This document shows positions 8,760 to 17,787 of a DNA stretch of 50,089 bases, one piece after another. The stretch spans positions 1 through 50,089 of the forward strand of contig JBFXGO010000012.1 of NCBI GenBank assembly GCA_050239825.1. Direction: 5' to 3'. The notes under the pieces are model-generated. The model did not search any database. It was not told the DNA's origin and was given only the letters and a program-made list of their open reading frames with translations. Position 1 is the stretch's first letter. Each line of letters opens with the position of its first letter. The stretch is from a bacterium (lineage in GTDB: Bacteria > Hydrothermota > 32-111). A program made the position numbers and the translations under genes.

Positions 8760-10043
8760 GTGAGTAGAATTCACATAGTGGAGGATAACTCATCATTCAA
8801 GCTCTTTCTTAAAGAAGCTTTAAAAGAGTACGGAGAATTATGTTTTTCAGGCACTCTGTTCGACGCAAGAAAAAGAATATCATCCGAAACATTTGACCTG
8901 CATCTTCTTGACATGCGTCTTCCCGACGGAAGCGGCATGGAATTGCTGGATTTGTTGAACAGCACAAATGAAAAACCGAAGGTGGTTGTTCTGACAGCCT
9001 ATGGCGACATACCGCTGGCGATTGAAGCAGTAAGAAAGGGAGCATTGGATTTCTGGCAGAAGCCGATTGATTATGATGTCTTACGAGATAAGGTCGGAAA
9101 GATACTTGTTTCAAGGGACTACTCTGATTTGAAAAATTCAATTATCGGACATTCTGAGACAATTATCAAAGTGAGAAGCGATATAGAAAGGCTATCCGAA
9201 ACAGATATAAATGTTATGATTACCGGTCCGTCGGGAACCGGCAAGGAACTTGTGGCAAAGACAATTCATGAGCATTCATCAAGAAGAGAAAATCCTTTTG
9301 TGAGGATAGATTTCAGCACAATTCCTTCCGAGCTTGTGGAGAGCGAGCTATTCGGCGCTCTTAAAGGCGCATATACAGGCGCTTCTGAGAACAGGGATGG
9401 CAGATTGAAGAGCGCGGACAAGGGGACCATATTCTTTGATAACATAGACGAAGCGGATATGAAAACACAGGCGCGTCTTTTAAGATTTGTGCAGGAAAAA
9501 TCTTTTTACCCTCTCGGTTCAAGCAGGGAAGTAAAGGTAGATGCGAGAATAATATCTTCTGCGTCTGAGAGTATAAACAAACTTTTGCAGTCAAATGCGA
9601 TGCGCGAGGACCTTCTTTTCAGATTGAATGTGTATGTTATCAAACTCAATCCGATTGTTGAAAGGCGGGAGGATATAGAAGAGATTGCCAGACACTATAT
9701 TACTATTATTTCAGAAAGAATTCAGAGACCCTCGGATATTTTCACTTCGGAAGTTGTATTGGCGATGAAAAACTTTGACTGGAACGGGAATGAAAGAGAG
9801 ATAATCAATTTCATAGAGAGGTCGCTTCTTTCGGGAAAAGTTGATTTTGAGGATGAGAAAAGCTGTTTATCAAGCGGGTCCTTGAAGTCAAGGTTGAAAA
9901 CAGTAAAACAGGAATATGAAAAGAAAGAGATAATGAATGCCTTGAAGACAGCGCACGGCAATAAAAGCGAAGCGGCAAGAATGCTCGGGATAAGCTATAA
10001 GAACCTGCTCGACAAAATAAAGGAGTACGGGATTGAAGAATGA
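8760..10043 (+). CDS. NtrC-family sigma54-interacting response regulator
   Basis: Receiver domain (LLDMRLPD), GPSGTGKE, SELFG..GAYTGA, Fis-type HTH. Confidence 0.92.
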   Translation: MSRIHIVEDNSSFKLFLKEALKEYGELCFSGTLFDARKRISSETFDLHLLDMRLPDGSGMELLDLLNSTNEKPKVVVLTAYGDIPLAIEAVRKGALDFWQKPIDYDVLRDKVGKILVSRDYSDLKNSIIGHSETIIKVRSDIERLSETDINVMITGPSGTGKELVAKTIHEHSSRRENPFVRIDFSTIPSELVESELFGALKGAYTGASENRDGRLKSADKGTIFFDNIDEADMKTQARLLRFVQEKSFYPLGSSREVKVDARIISSASESINKLLQSNAMREDLLFRLNVYVIKLNPIVERREDIEEIARHYITIISERIQRPSDIFTSEVVLAMKNFDWNGNEREIINFIERSLLSGKVDFEDEKSCLSSGSLKSRLKTVKQEYEKKEIMNALKTAHGNKSEAARMLGISYKNLLDKIKEYGIEE

Positions 10044-11337
10044 ATCATTGAAACTGGAAAATGTTTCGTACATTGATTACAGAAGCGATAAAATCGTTAA
10101 AGCAAAAAGCATTTTGATTGAGGACGGCAGAATAAAGTTTAACTCAAAAAAAGAGGCGGCAAAGAAAATTGACTGCGGAAATTATATAATGACGCCATCA
10201 TTTGTGCAGATTCACACTCACATTTGCCAGCACCTGTACAAGGGCATGGCAGAAGACCTTTCGCTTTTCGAGTGGCTTAAAAAACATATACTTCCTTATG
10301 AACACAAACTCACAAAAGATGCTATAAGGCTTTCATGCAGAATGGCTCTGTATGAACTCATTGAATCTGGAACTACGGTTATTCTCGACATGGGCACATT
10401 CAGGTTTCAGGAAATAATTATGGAGGAGATAGAGAAATCAGGAATAACAGGTTTTTCAGGAAACATACTTCTCGACAGAAGAGTTGGTAAATGGTCAAAT
10501 TCTCTCGACTCATACCTTGATTACACAAAAGAAATGATAAAGGCGGCAAACAAACAGAAAAAATCCCACTATGCTCTTTGTCCGAGATTTTTTCCCGGCA
10601 TAACGAAGAGGGGAATCAATAAAATTCTTGCCCTTAAAGAAGAGCATGGGCTTATACTTCACACTCATGCATCTGAGACAAGAGAGGAAAATCTGTTTGC
10701 CGCGAAGCATTATGGAAAAAGCAACATAAAAGCAATGAGTGATGCGGGAATGCTCTCAGACAAGACTGTTATTGCCCATTGCATTCATTTGAATGATGAA
10801 GATTATGAATTGCTTAAGCTCTCCCGCTCCACAGTGTGCCATTGCCCTTCAAGCAATATGAAGCTCGGTTCGGGTATAGCCGACATAGAGAGAATGAATA
10901 AAATGAAAATAAACACTGGGCTCGGCTCCGACGGCGCGCCATGCAACAACAACATGAATCAGCTCATGGAGATGCGTTTATGCGGACTTCTGCAGAAGGT
11001 TAAGAATACTTCAAAGAGCATGACCGCCTCTTCAATATTCAAAATGGCTACATACAACGGGCTTAAGCCACTCTCTCTTGATAGGGAGATGGGTACAATT
11101 GAAGACAACAAAAAAGCCGATTTTATCCTTTTTAGGAGGGAGAGCGTTCATGCCTCTCCATTTGATGTCAATCCGTTTTCATCAATAATATACTCAATGT
11201 ATCCTTCCGATATTGAATATGTATTCTCTTCGGGAAAGATGCTTAAGGAGAAGGGGAGAGTGCTCTGCTATGATAGGGAAAAACTTTTAGAAGATAAGAG
11301 GAAATTCTTAAAAGATCTTCTTTTTGACAGGCTTTGA
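10033..11337 (+). CDS. Amidohydrolase (MTA/SAH or 5'-deoxyadenosine deaminase-like)
   Basis: HTH metal site, HASET, AHC, CPSSNMKLGSG, GSDG; TTG start. Confidence 0.85.
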   Translation: MKNESLKLENVSYIDYRSDKIVKAKSILIEDGRIKFNSKKEAAKKIDCGNYIMTPSFVQIHTHICQHLYKGMAEDLSLFEWLKKHILPYEHKLTKDAIRLSCRMALYELIESGTTVILDMGTFRFQEIIMEEIEKSGITGFSGNILLDRRVGKWSNSLDSYLDYTKEMIKAANKQKKSHYALCPRFFPGITKRGINKILALKEEHGLILHTHASETREENLFAAKHYGKSNIKAMSDAGMLSDKTVIAHCIHLNDEDYELLKLSRSTVCHCPSSNMKLGSGIADIERMNKMKINTGLGSDGAPCNNNMNQLMEMRLCGLLQKVKNTSKSMTASSIFKMATYNGLKPLSLDREMGTIEDNKKADFILFRRESVHASPFDVNPFSSIIYSMYPSDIEYVFSSGKMLKEKGRVLCYDREKLLEDKRKFLKDLLFDRL

Positions 11338-13281
11338 CTCTTTTGTGAGTCCGAAATCAACTGTAAAATCCGCCTTTACTTTGTCGACGACAATATACAT
11401 TATCAGGTTTGGAAAGACAAATTCATAATTGGCGGGAAGCGCGGGCACCTCTACTATGTATGTTCCTGTGGGAAGGTTGGAGATGGAGTAGTATCCGAAT
11501 GCGTCAGTATATGTGTATTTGTCTGAATCCTTCAACCTTACTACAATTCCGCCTATGCCCTCCTCATCAGTCTCTTTAATTCCGTTTTTATTGAGATCAT
11601 AGAAGACATACCCGGTTATGGAACCGAGTTTTATCAACGGAAGGTCAACTATATTATTCGAAAAATTCTTCACATCAACGATTACAAAATCCTTTAAATC
11701 ATAGTAGGCGGGAATTTTTGCTTTTGAAATCGAAAGCTTGTATTTTGCAGGTTTTAAGAATGTGAATTTGTATTCTCCCTTTTTTCCGGTCTTCACCTTC
11801 AATGAATCGCCTAAAAGCACTGTCACATTGGAAACAGGAGTATCATTTCCGTCAAATATGTCATTATTGTTCTTGTCAAAATAAATTCTTCCAGAGACCA
11901 TGCCTGTATTGATATTTTCAAGGCCCCCTCTAATGGTTAGCTGTGAAGACATGGAGAATCTGAATCCTCTTTCATAGAAAAGCTCGGCATTGTTGATTAT
12001 GCTGTAATTGTCATTGCTGAAAATGAAATTAAAATGATTGCCGATGTAATTTCTGTTGTCTCTGTTGCCGAAATCGATGCCATACTCGTAGCTCCATAAG
12101 GATGCTATAGTCCATCTGACATAATTGGTGTACGAATAGTAGAGCAGGGAATCCGTGAAATTATATTTTGAGTATGTGCCTACAACTGCTCTGGAGGGGA
12201 AAGTGTATGAAAAATTGACATAGACATTATTGTTTGTGCTTGAATCCTGTTTTGTGATATAATAAGTCCCGTCGAAATAAAATCCTCTAAGCCACTTTGA
12301 AATGCCTATATTGTAATTCACGAGCCGGGTTTTGCTTCTGTCATAAACATATCTGAAGTAATCCCATGCAAAGGAGATTCTCGGAAGCAATCCTATGGAA
12401 GTGCCGATTCTGGCGCTTATTCTCTCATAAGAAGTTGAATCCTCAGGAGAAACTCTAAAGAGAGAATATCCTCCGGAGAGGGAGAGCTCATTGGTTATTC
12501 TGAAAGAGGGCTCCACTCCGAAAACATCCCTGCCCTTTCTTGACATTACATAAGAGAATCCCGTGGAGTTTATCGGTTGGTGATTGCCAAAGAGACCGAG
12601 AGAGAATACGGATGTGCGGAGCTGGGTTCTGTATGAATAAGAATAATGGTTGATATCTGAATTGTAGTACAAAAGATTATTGTGTTTTGCTACAGAAAAT
12701 TGATTATACAGCAAATTGAATAATACGGAGCGGTGCTTCAAACCGAATATGCGCTGGGAGATGTAGGGAGAAAAATATGGATTATCGAATCTGTTGGCGA
12801 AATAGAGTGTTGTTGTGTCATTATAGGAGATATTGAAGGGAATTGTTAATCCGAATACTCCTCTGTTTTGAGTAAATTTTATTCCGTCAGTATAAATCGG
12901 ATCAGGCTCTCTTCCTGAGAAGAATCCTAATCCGAGATGTCTGTAAAACAAATTGCCGCTTAACCCTCTTATCTTCAATGATATAATATTTGAAGAAGTG
13001 ATGTCTCCGTATGAGGCTTTGTAGGAGAAACCGTTAACGGGTTTGAATGAAGAAGCGGAGAATAAAAAATTGTAGGGCAGAAAATCCCTTAATGTGAACC
13101 GGAATTCTGACCGAAGAGTAGAATCCAAATCAGTCTTATATAGAACATCTGCCTGAGGCAGATTATAAATGGCATTGTTGAGGAGATAGTTCCTGATATT
13201 TATCTGATAGTATGATGTTCGCACACTACTCTGCAAATTAATGAAGAGAAATAATAGAAAAAATGGAAGCAGACGCTTCAT
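11308..13281 (-). CDS. Usher-like outer-membrane protein with two C-terminal SdrD B-like domains
   Basis: Signal peptide; aromatic-rich beta-strand region; GRIYFDKNNNDIFD and GYVFYDLNKNGIKE repeats. Confidence 0.65.
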   Translation of the reverse strand: MKRLLPFFLLFLFINLQSSVRTSYYQINIRNYLLNNAIYNLPQADVLYKTDLDSTLRSEFRFTLRDFLPYNFLFSASSFKPVNGFSYKASYGDITSSNIISLKIRGLSGNLFYRHLGLGFFSGREPDPIYTDGIKFTQNRGVFGLTIPFNISYNDTTTLYFANRFDNPYFSPYISQRIFGLKHRSVLFNLLYNQFSVAKHNNLLYYNSDINHYSYSYRTQLRTSVFSLGLFGNHQPINSTGFSYVMSRKGRDVFGVEPSFRITNELSLSGGYSLFRVSPEDSTSYERISARIGTSIGLLPRISFAWDYFRYVYDRSKTRLVNYNIGISKWLRGFYFDGTYYITKQDSSTNNNVYVNFSYTFPSRAVVGTYSKYNFTDSLLYYSYTNYVRWTIASLWSYEYGIDFGNRDNRNYIGNHFNFIFSNDNYSIINNAELFYERGFRFSMSSQLTIRGGLENINTGMVSGRIYFDKNNNDIFDGNDTPVSNVTVLLGDSLKVKTGKKGEYKFTFLKPAKYKLSISKAKIPAYYDLKDFVIVDVKNFSNNIVDLPLIKLGSITGYVFYDLNKNGIKETDEEGIGGIVVRLKDSDKYTYTDAFGYYSISNLPTGTYIVEVPALPANYEFVFPNLIMYIVVDKVKADFTVDFGLTKESKPVKKKIF

Positions 13282-14042
13282 CAGTTTATGGTAATCCTCT
13301 TCTCTCCCTCAAGTATTTCGCTCCCGGAGTAATCCAGAGTGACTTTTATCAAGTATTCCCCCTTCTGGAGCTCAGTTTCAACGGGAAAGTAAATATTGGT
13401 TTTTGATTCGGGAAGAGAGAGTCTCTCTTCAACAGTCTTCTCATAGATAATCTTCTCTCCCTTTAAAATTTGCATGAATCCCTTTACTCTCACATGAACA
13501 TTGCCTGTATTTTCAAATACTGCCTTAACCCTGTATTCCTTTTTATCAAAATCAAGCCCGACAATGTCTCCGTTCTTAGCAGTAGTGCCGGCTATTGTGG
13601 CATAAACATAAGAACCAACTCTACCTGAAAACATGAGCATGTCTTTTCCGGTCAAATTAAATGGTGTAGATTCGAAAAAAATCACTGACCAATAATCCCC
13701 GTAAACATCATTTGGAGATGACAATGATATTCTCACTTCTTGTGACGTGCCGGCATTTAAATTAAATTCTTGGGGATTTATATAAAGCCATTCGGAGCAA
13801 CTGTTTTTTAAAAGGCCAGGTTTGAAAAAAAGTACTTCTCCCTCTGAATTAGCAGACCAATCGTTAGAATATGCTTTAATATGAAGCGTGGTATCGCTTT
13901 TATTATATACATCAATTTTGAAAGTTTTATTTTCGTTTTTACTAATTGTAAATTCTTGTCTTGGAGGAGAAATGTGAAAATTTACCTGCGCACCTAATAG
14001 CATGGATAGACAGCTGATTAGAATAAAACAGGTTTTCTTCAT
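13281..14042 (-). CDS. PapD-like/DUF916-like fimbrial chaperone
   Basis: Signal peptide; ISPPRQEF, WLYINPQEFNL, YWSVIFFE and FENTGNVH motifs. Confidence 0.7.
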   Translation of the reverse strand: MKKTCFILISCLSMLLGAQVNFHISPPRQEFTISKNENKTFKIDVYNKSDTTLHIKAYSNDWSANSEGEVLFFKPGLLKNSCSEWLYINPQEFNLNAGTSQEVRISLSSPNDVYGDYWSVIFFESTPFNLTGKDMLMFSGRVGSYVYATIAGTTAKNGDIVGLDFDKKEYRVKAVFENTGNVHVRVKGFMQILKGEKIIYEKTVEERLSLPESKTNIYFPVETELQKGEYLIKVTLDYSGSEILEGEKRITIN

Positions 14043-14063
14043 TTCTCCTCCTAGACAACAGTA

Positions 14064-14612
14064 CTATGGCTTTGAAGTGATTGTATAAGTGAGAATTACA
14101 TTTTCATCAATTGAGGGATCATCTTCAAAAACCTGAAACTGCACTATCTGATCATATTCATCCCAACCAGTTGTTTTTACATTGCTGTCAATAATGGTCT
14201 GAGGAGCAACTGTATAAGAAGTCCAAGTGCCGCCTGGTGCCGCATCGCCATTTGTAGTGACAGCTTCAGCCAAATTTGTTGTGTAATAAAGCTGTTCAAT
14301 CAATACTTCTCCATCAAGGAAATTTCCGTCAGCTTCAACAGTTAGTGTGTATCCTGCAGAAACATTGCAAAAAATATCCATGTTAATCGGTCCACCTGAA
14401 GTTGGGGCATAGTAGCCAGGAAATGCTGATGGAGGATACGATGCTGTGAGATCAAACACGATCGGTGTTACACCATCATTAATTTTTATTCCGACATTTT
14501 GCGGAATTCTTACCTGAACCTCAAGCGTGCTGTCAGCAGTTGCTGCGAACATCGGCAGTGCGACTGCTGTGAGGACAAGCAGCATTACTGCTGTCATTGT
14601 GAATCGTTTCAT
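14064..14612 (-). CDS. Secreted putative major pilin/fimbrial subunit
   Basis: Signal peptide; N-terminal alternating strand (STLEVQVRIP); C-terminal ILTYTITS strand; strong GGAGG SD. Confidence 0.55.
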   Translation of the reverse strand: MKRFTMTAVMLLVLTAVALPMFAATADSTLEVQVRIPQNVGIKINDGVTPIVFDLTASYPPSAFPGYYAPTSGGPINMDIFCNVSAGYTLTVEADGNFLDGEVLIEQLYYTTNLAEAVTTNGDAAPGGTWTSYTVAPQTIIDSNVKTTGWDEYDQIVQFQVFEDDPSIDENVILTYTITSKP

Positions 14613-14621
14613 AAAACCTCC

Positions 14622-15092
14622 TTAGTATAATGAGTTTAATGTGAATCTAAGTTTAGTTGAATACCATCCGGCAGGGTCGTCCCAGTTTATCTTCAGCTTG
14701 AAATCAAGAGATACTTCTTCGCCTGAATCGGCAGTAGGCTTTCCCGAAGCAATTGTAGCGGGCTTATTCATCATAAATGACTCAAAATCGCCTTTTCCTG
14801 CTTTGAACTGGAATCTCTCTATGTCTATTGTATTGCCTTCCAGAGATGATAGATTGTCAAGCGGTTCGACTATCAGAATCCAGTCGACATTGCTCTTGAC
14901 CTTTAAAGTCAACCCCTTTACCTTGAGAATCTCCTTCATATCCGGCTTTATCTCTCCCAAATCTATGCTGTTTGATGAAAATTCAAGCATCATCACTTCC
15001 TGATTCTTGAAAGTGACATCAGTCTCAGCAGTGTATCCGGCTCCCAAAAGAATTGAAGAGAGAAAAATCACAAAGAAAAAGAGTCTATTCAT
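14622..15092 (-). CDS. Secreted putative minor pilin (spore coat U/CsuA-B-like C-terminus)
   Basis: Start MNRLFFF at 15092 with GGAG SD; VKSNVDW and DPAGWYSTKLRFTL. Confidence 0.55.
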   Translation of the reverse strand: MNRLFFFVIFLSSILLGAGYTAETDVTFKNQEVMMLEFSSNSIDLGEIKPDMKEILKVKGLTLKVKSNVDWILIVEPLDNLSSLEGNTIDIERFQFKAGKGDFESFMMNKPATIASGKPTADSGEEVSLDFKLKINWDDPAGWYSTKLRFTLNSLY

Positions 15093-15468
15093 AGGAATAC
15101 TCCATTTTATCAAAATTATCGAGAGAGGTATTGATTATCTTCTCAATTGAAAACATATCTATAGGGTAATTTGAATAGTATGTTATCTGATTGTTGTTTC
15201 TGACTATCTTCTGATATTCAATATCATCAATCCTTGAAATAAAGATAATTTTCGATTTAGGGCTGAATTGGTTTATCGAGTTTATTATTTTCTGCTCATT
15301 GAACAGAGGAAGCTCCACAGAGTCGATTATAACCATTGCAAATTTGTTTAACATTGTGGAGGTTATAAGAGATATATAGTTGTCAAAAAATTGCGTCTCT
15401 TTATACCTATCCTTAAATTTCTGTCTTATTTGCTGATCATTGCTCAATAAACTTATTCTTTTCTTCAT
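15085..15468 (-). CDS. Atypical single-domain receiver-like protein
   Basis: MVIIDS and KIIFIS; YP replaces the conserved KP; first gene after the sigma54 promoter. Confidence 0.6.
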   Translation of the reverse strand: MKKRISLLSNDQQIRQKFKDRYKETQFFDNYISLITSTMLNKFAMVIIDSVELPLFNEQKIINSINQFSPKSKIIFISRIDDIEYQKIVRNNNQITYYSNYPIDMFSIEKIINTSLDNFDKMEYSYE

Positions 15469-15480
15469 AGCTATATTATA

Positions 15481-15496
15481 TGCAATTTTTGTGCCA
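15481..15496 (-). promoter_or_regulatory. sigma54 -24/-12 promoter
   Basis: Minus strand TGGCAC-AAAAA-TTGCA matches the consensus TGGCAC-N5-TTGCW exactly. Confidence 0.88.
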
Positions 15497-15561
15497 TAGT
15501 CAATACTTATTTAAGTTGATATATGTAATCACTTAACAAGCTGGGATTTATTTGATTTCTT

Positions 15562-15597
15562 TAAAAAGTGTGGCATTTGTTGACAAATTGCCACACT
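15562..15597 (-). terminator. Palindrome: terminator of the regulator gene and/or enhancer site for the sigma54 promoter
   Basis: agtgtggc-atttgt..acaaat-tgccacact dyad followed by a T-run on the minus strand, 70-100 bp upstream of the -24 box. Confidence 0.65.
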
Positions 15598-16927
15598 ATT
15601 TTTCATCAATGTCATACTTTTCCAGTTTTCTGTATAGTGTTTTCCTGTCAATTCCAAGGATTCTTGCCGCCTTTGCCTTATTTCCATTAACTTTGGCAAG
15701 AGTTTTTTTAATATGATCCAACTCCACATCATCAAGAGAGAATGATTTCTTGATTTTACCCTCTTCAAATCTGATAATATTGATTGGAAGGTTGTCAATA
15801 TAAATTCCCTTACCATCGGATAGTATGATTGCCCGTTCAAGTATATTCTCAAGCTCTCTGATGTTGCCCGGCCAATTGTATCTGTCAAAAAGGTGCAGTA
15901 CGGAAGGGTCTATGTGAAATTCTTCGGAATTTACATTTCGTTTTTTTAGCAATGATTCTATCAGAAGAGGAATATCTTCAATCCTCTCCCTTAAATCGGG
16001 CAATTCTATTTTCAGGGTCTCAAGTCTGTAGTAAAGATCCTCCCTCAGCTTTCCTTCAGAAATCATCTGATGGAGGTTTTTATTAGTGGCGGCTATTATC
16101 CTCGTATCCACAGTGATATCTGTTACTCCGCCGAGACGCCTGAATTTCTTGTCTTCAATTATATGAAGTATCTTCGCCTGACTCTTAAGCGGAAGCTCTG
16201 CAATCTCATTCAAAAATATAGTCCCCTTATTTGCAACTTCAAAGAGTCCGTATTTTCTGTTCATTGCGCCGGTAAATGCTCCTTTCTCATAACCGAAAAG
16301 TTCGCTCTCTATCAGTGTCTCCGGCAGTGAAGCGCAATTCTGCATGATGAATATCTCATCTTTTCTGTTTGATTTAGAGTGAATGTGCTTCGCAAAAGTG
16401 TCTTTTCCGGTGCCCGTGTTGCCGATAATCAGGACTGGGAGGTCGCTTGCCGCGTATTTGTTCGCAATCTCTATTATTTTTTTGATTTTCTTCGACTTTG
16501 TTGTTATATGGGAATCTTCGTTCACAATAGGTTTGATTTTTTCATAAACATCTGCAATGTTTATTGTCTTCTCCATCTTCATGAGGAGGTTTGAAAGGTC
16601 CTCTATTCTGAATGGTTTAGGGAGAAAGTAAGAACCAGTCTTTATGGCGGTTTTGGAATAATCAATCTCTCCATAAGCAGTCATGATAATTATTTCGCTC
16701 TTGGGAGAATTCTCTTTGACTTTATCTACAAGTGAGAATCCGTTCATGTCAGGCAGATGAATATCCAAAAAGCATATATCTACATCTGTCTCCTTAAGAA
16801 TGCTCATAGCTTTGCTTCCGGTGAAGGCCTGATATATCTGATAACCGAATGTCGATAACGCCTCTTTCAGGGTCTCTGAAAAACTCGGTTCATCATCAAT
16901 AATTAAAACATTGATTTTCCTACTCAT
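15596..16927 (-). CDS. NtrC-family sigma54-dependent response regulator
   Basis: Probable start MSRKINVLIIDDE; GNTGTGKD, ESELFGYEKGAFTGA, WPGNIREL, Fis HTH. Confidence 0.93.
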   Translation of the reverse strand: MSRKINVLIIDDEPSFSETLKEALSTFGYQIYQAFTGSKAMSILKETDVDICFLDIHLPDMNGFSLVDKVKENSPKSEIIIMTAYGEIDYSKTAIKTGSYFLPKPFRIEDLSNLLMKMEKTINIADVYEKIKPIVNEDSHITTKSKKIKKIIEIANKYAASDLPVLIIGNTGTGKDTFAKHIHSKSNRKDEIFIMQNCASLPETLIESELFGYEKGAFTGAMNRKYGLFEVANKGTIFLNEIAELPLKSQAKILHIIEDKKFRRLGGVTDITVDTRIIAATNKNLHQMISEGKLREDLYYRLETLKIELPDLRERIEDIPLLIESLLKKRNVNSEEFHIDPSVLHLFDRYNWPGNIRELENILERAIILSDGKGIYIDNLPINIIRFEEGKIKKSFSLDDVELDHIKKTLAKVNGNKAKAARILGIDRKTLYRKLEKYDIDEK

Positions 16928-16937
16928 ATTAGAATAT

Positions 16938-16966
16938 ATCTTATGCAATAAATGAGAGCTTGTCAA
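16938..16966 (-). promoter_or_regulatory. sigma70-type promoter
   Basis: TTGACA-17 nt-TAAGAT, 10 nt before ATG 16927. Confidence 0.55.
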
Positions 16967-17081
16967 GAGACCTGTAGGTTGTTTTGCCACACACACTTTT
17001 AACATCTTTTTTGTTTGAAAAGTTTTTCACTCCGCTCTTTCTCCTCTTGACAAAAGTAACTTAATGTATAATATATTTCAG

Positions 17082-17492
17082 ATGATAAAAACAACAGGTA
17101 TAATTATAGAGAAGAAGAATGAACTCTTCAAAATTAAAATAGATGAAGCATCTTGTTCTTCCTGCGGAAACCACAATGAATGTTCTCTGGCAAAAATACC
17201 CAACAGCCGCATAATTGAAGTTCCTCTGATTGAAGGAGTGAACGTAGGAGATAAGGTGGAGCTTGACATAGAACAGGGAAAGGTATTGTTTTTATCCGTT
17301 CTTTTTTATCTGGTTCCTTCCATTCTGATACTTCTTTTCTCCCTTGCCGGATATTTCATTTTCAAATCCGAATTCTGGGCGGCGATTCTCGGATTGGCCG
17401 GAGTCGCATGCGGATTCATAGTTATATTCATAATTGAAAAAAAGAAAAAAAACAGTTTCAAACACAAAATAAAGAGGGTGTTATATGATTAA
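17082..17492 (+). CDS. rseC: RseC/MucC family protein
   Basis: SCSSCGNHNEC, VGDKVEL, YLVP and two transmembrane helices; directly upstream of the rnf genes. Confidence 0.85.
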   Translation: MIKTTGIIIEKKNELFKIKIDEASCSSCGNHNECSLAKIPNSRIIEVPLIEGVNVGDKVELDIEQGKVLFLSVLFYLVPSILILLFSLAGYFIFKSEFWAAILGLAGVACGFIVIFIIEKKKKNSFKHKIKRVLYD

Positions 17493-17787
17493 AGAGATTC
17501 TCACTGCTGTGGCGGTCCTCGGCTCTTTGTCGATACTGCTCGGCATAGCGATTCTCATCACGATGAAGGTCTTTGAAGTGAAGAGAGATCCTGCAGTTGA
17601 TGAGATGATGTCGGTTCTGCCGGGAGTCAACTGCGGAGCTTGCGGTTTCGCAGGATGCGAACAGTTCGCCGTCGCAATGGCTAAAAAGGGCGAATTGTAC
17701 AAAATATGTCCTGTTGGAAAGGATGCTGTTTCAACAAAGATACAGGATATTTTAAAGAAGCACAAAGGCGAGGTGAAGAATGGCTGA
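17485..17787 (+). CDS. rnfB: Rnf subunit B, short form
   Basis: N-terminal transmembrane helix and LPGVNCGACGFAGC...CPVG; no ferredoxin domains. Confidence 0.85.
   Translation: MIKEILTAVAVLGSLSILLGIAILITMKVFEVKRDPAVDEMMSVLPGVNCGACGFAGCEQFAVAMAKKGELYKICPVGKDAVSTKIQDILKKHKGEVKNG

Noticed and set aside
11308..11337. 30-bp convergent overlap between the amidohydrolase and usher-like genes
   Set aside because: Short 3' overlaps are common in compact genomes and no further signal was seen.
15529..15888. Alternative-frame ORF overlapping the regulator 3' end
   Set aside because: It is a shadow of a well-conserved gene and runs through the dyad region.
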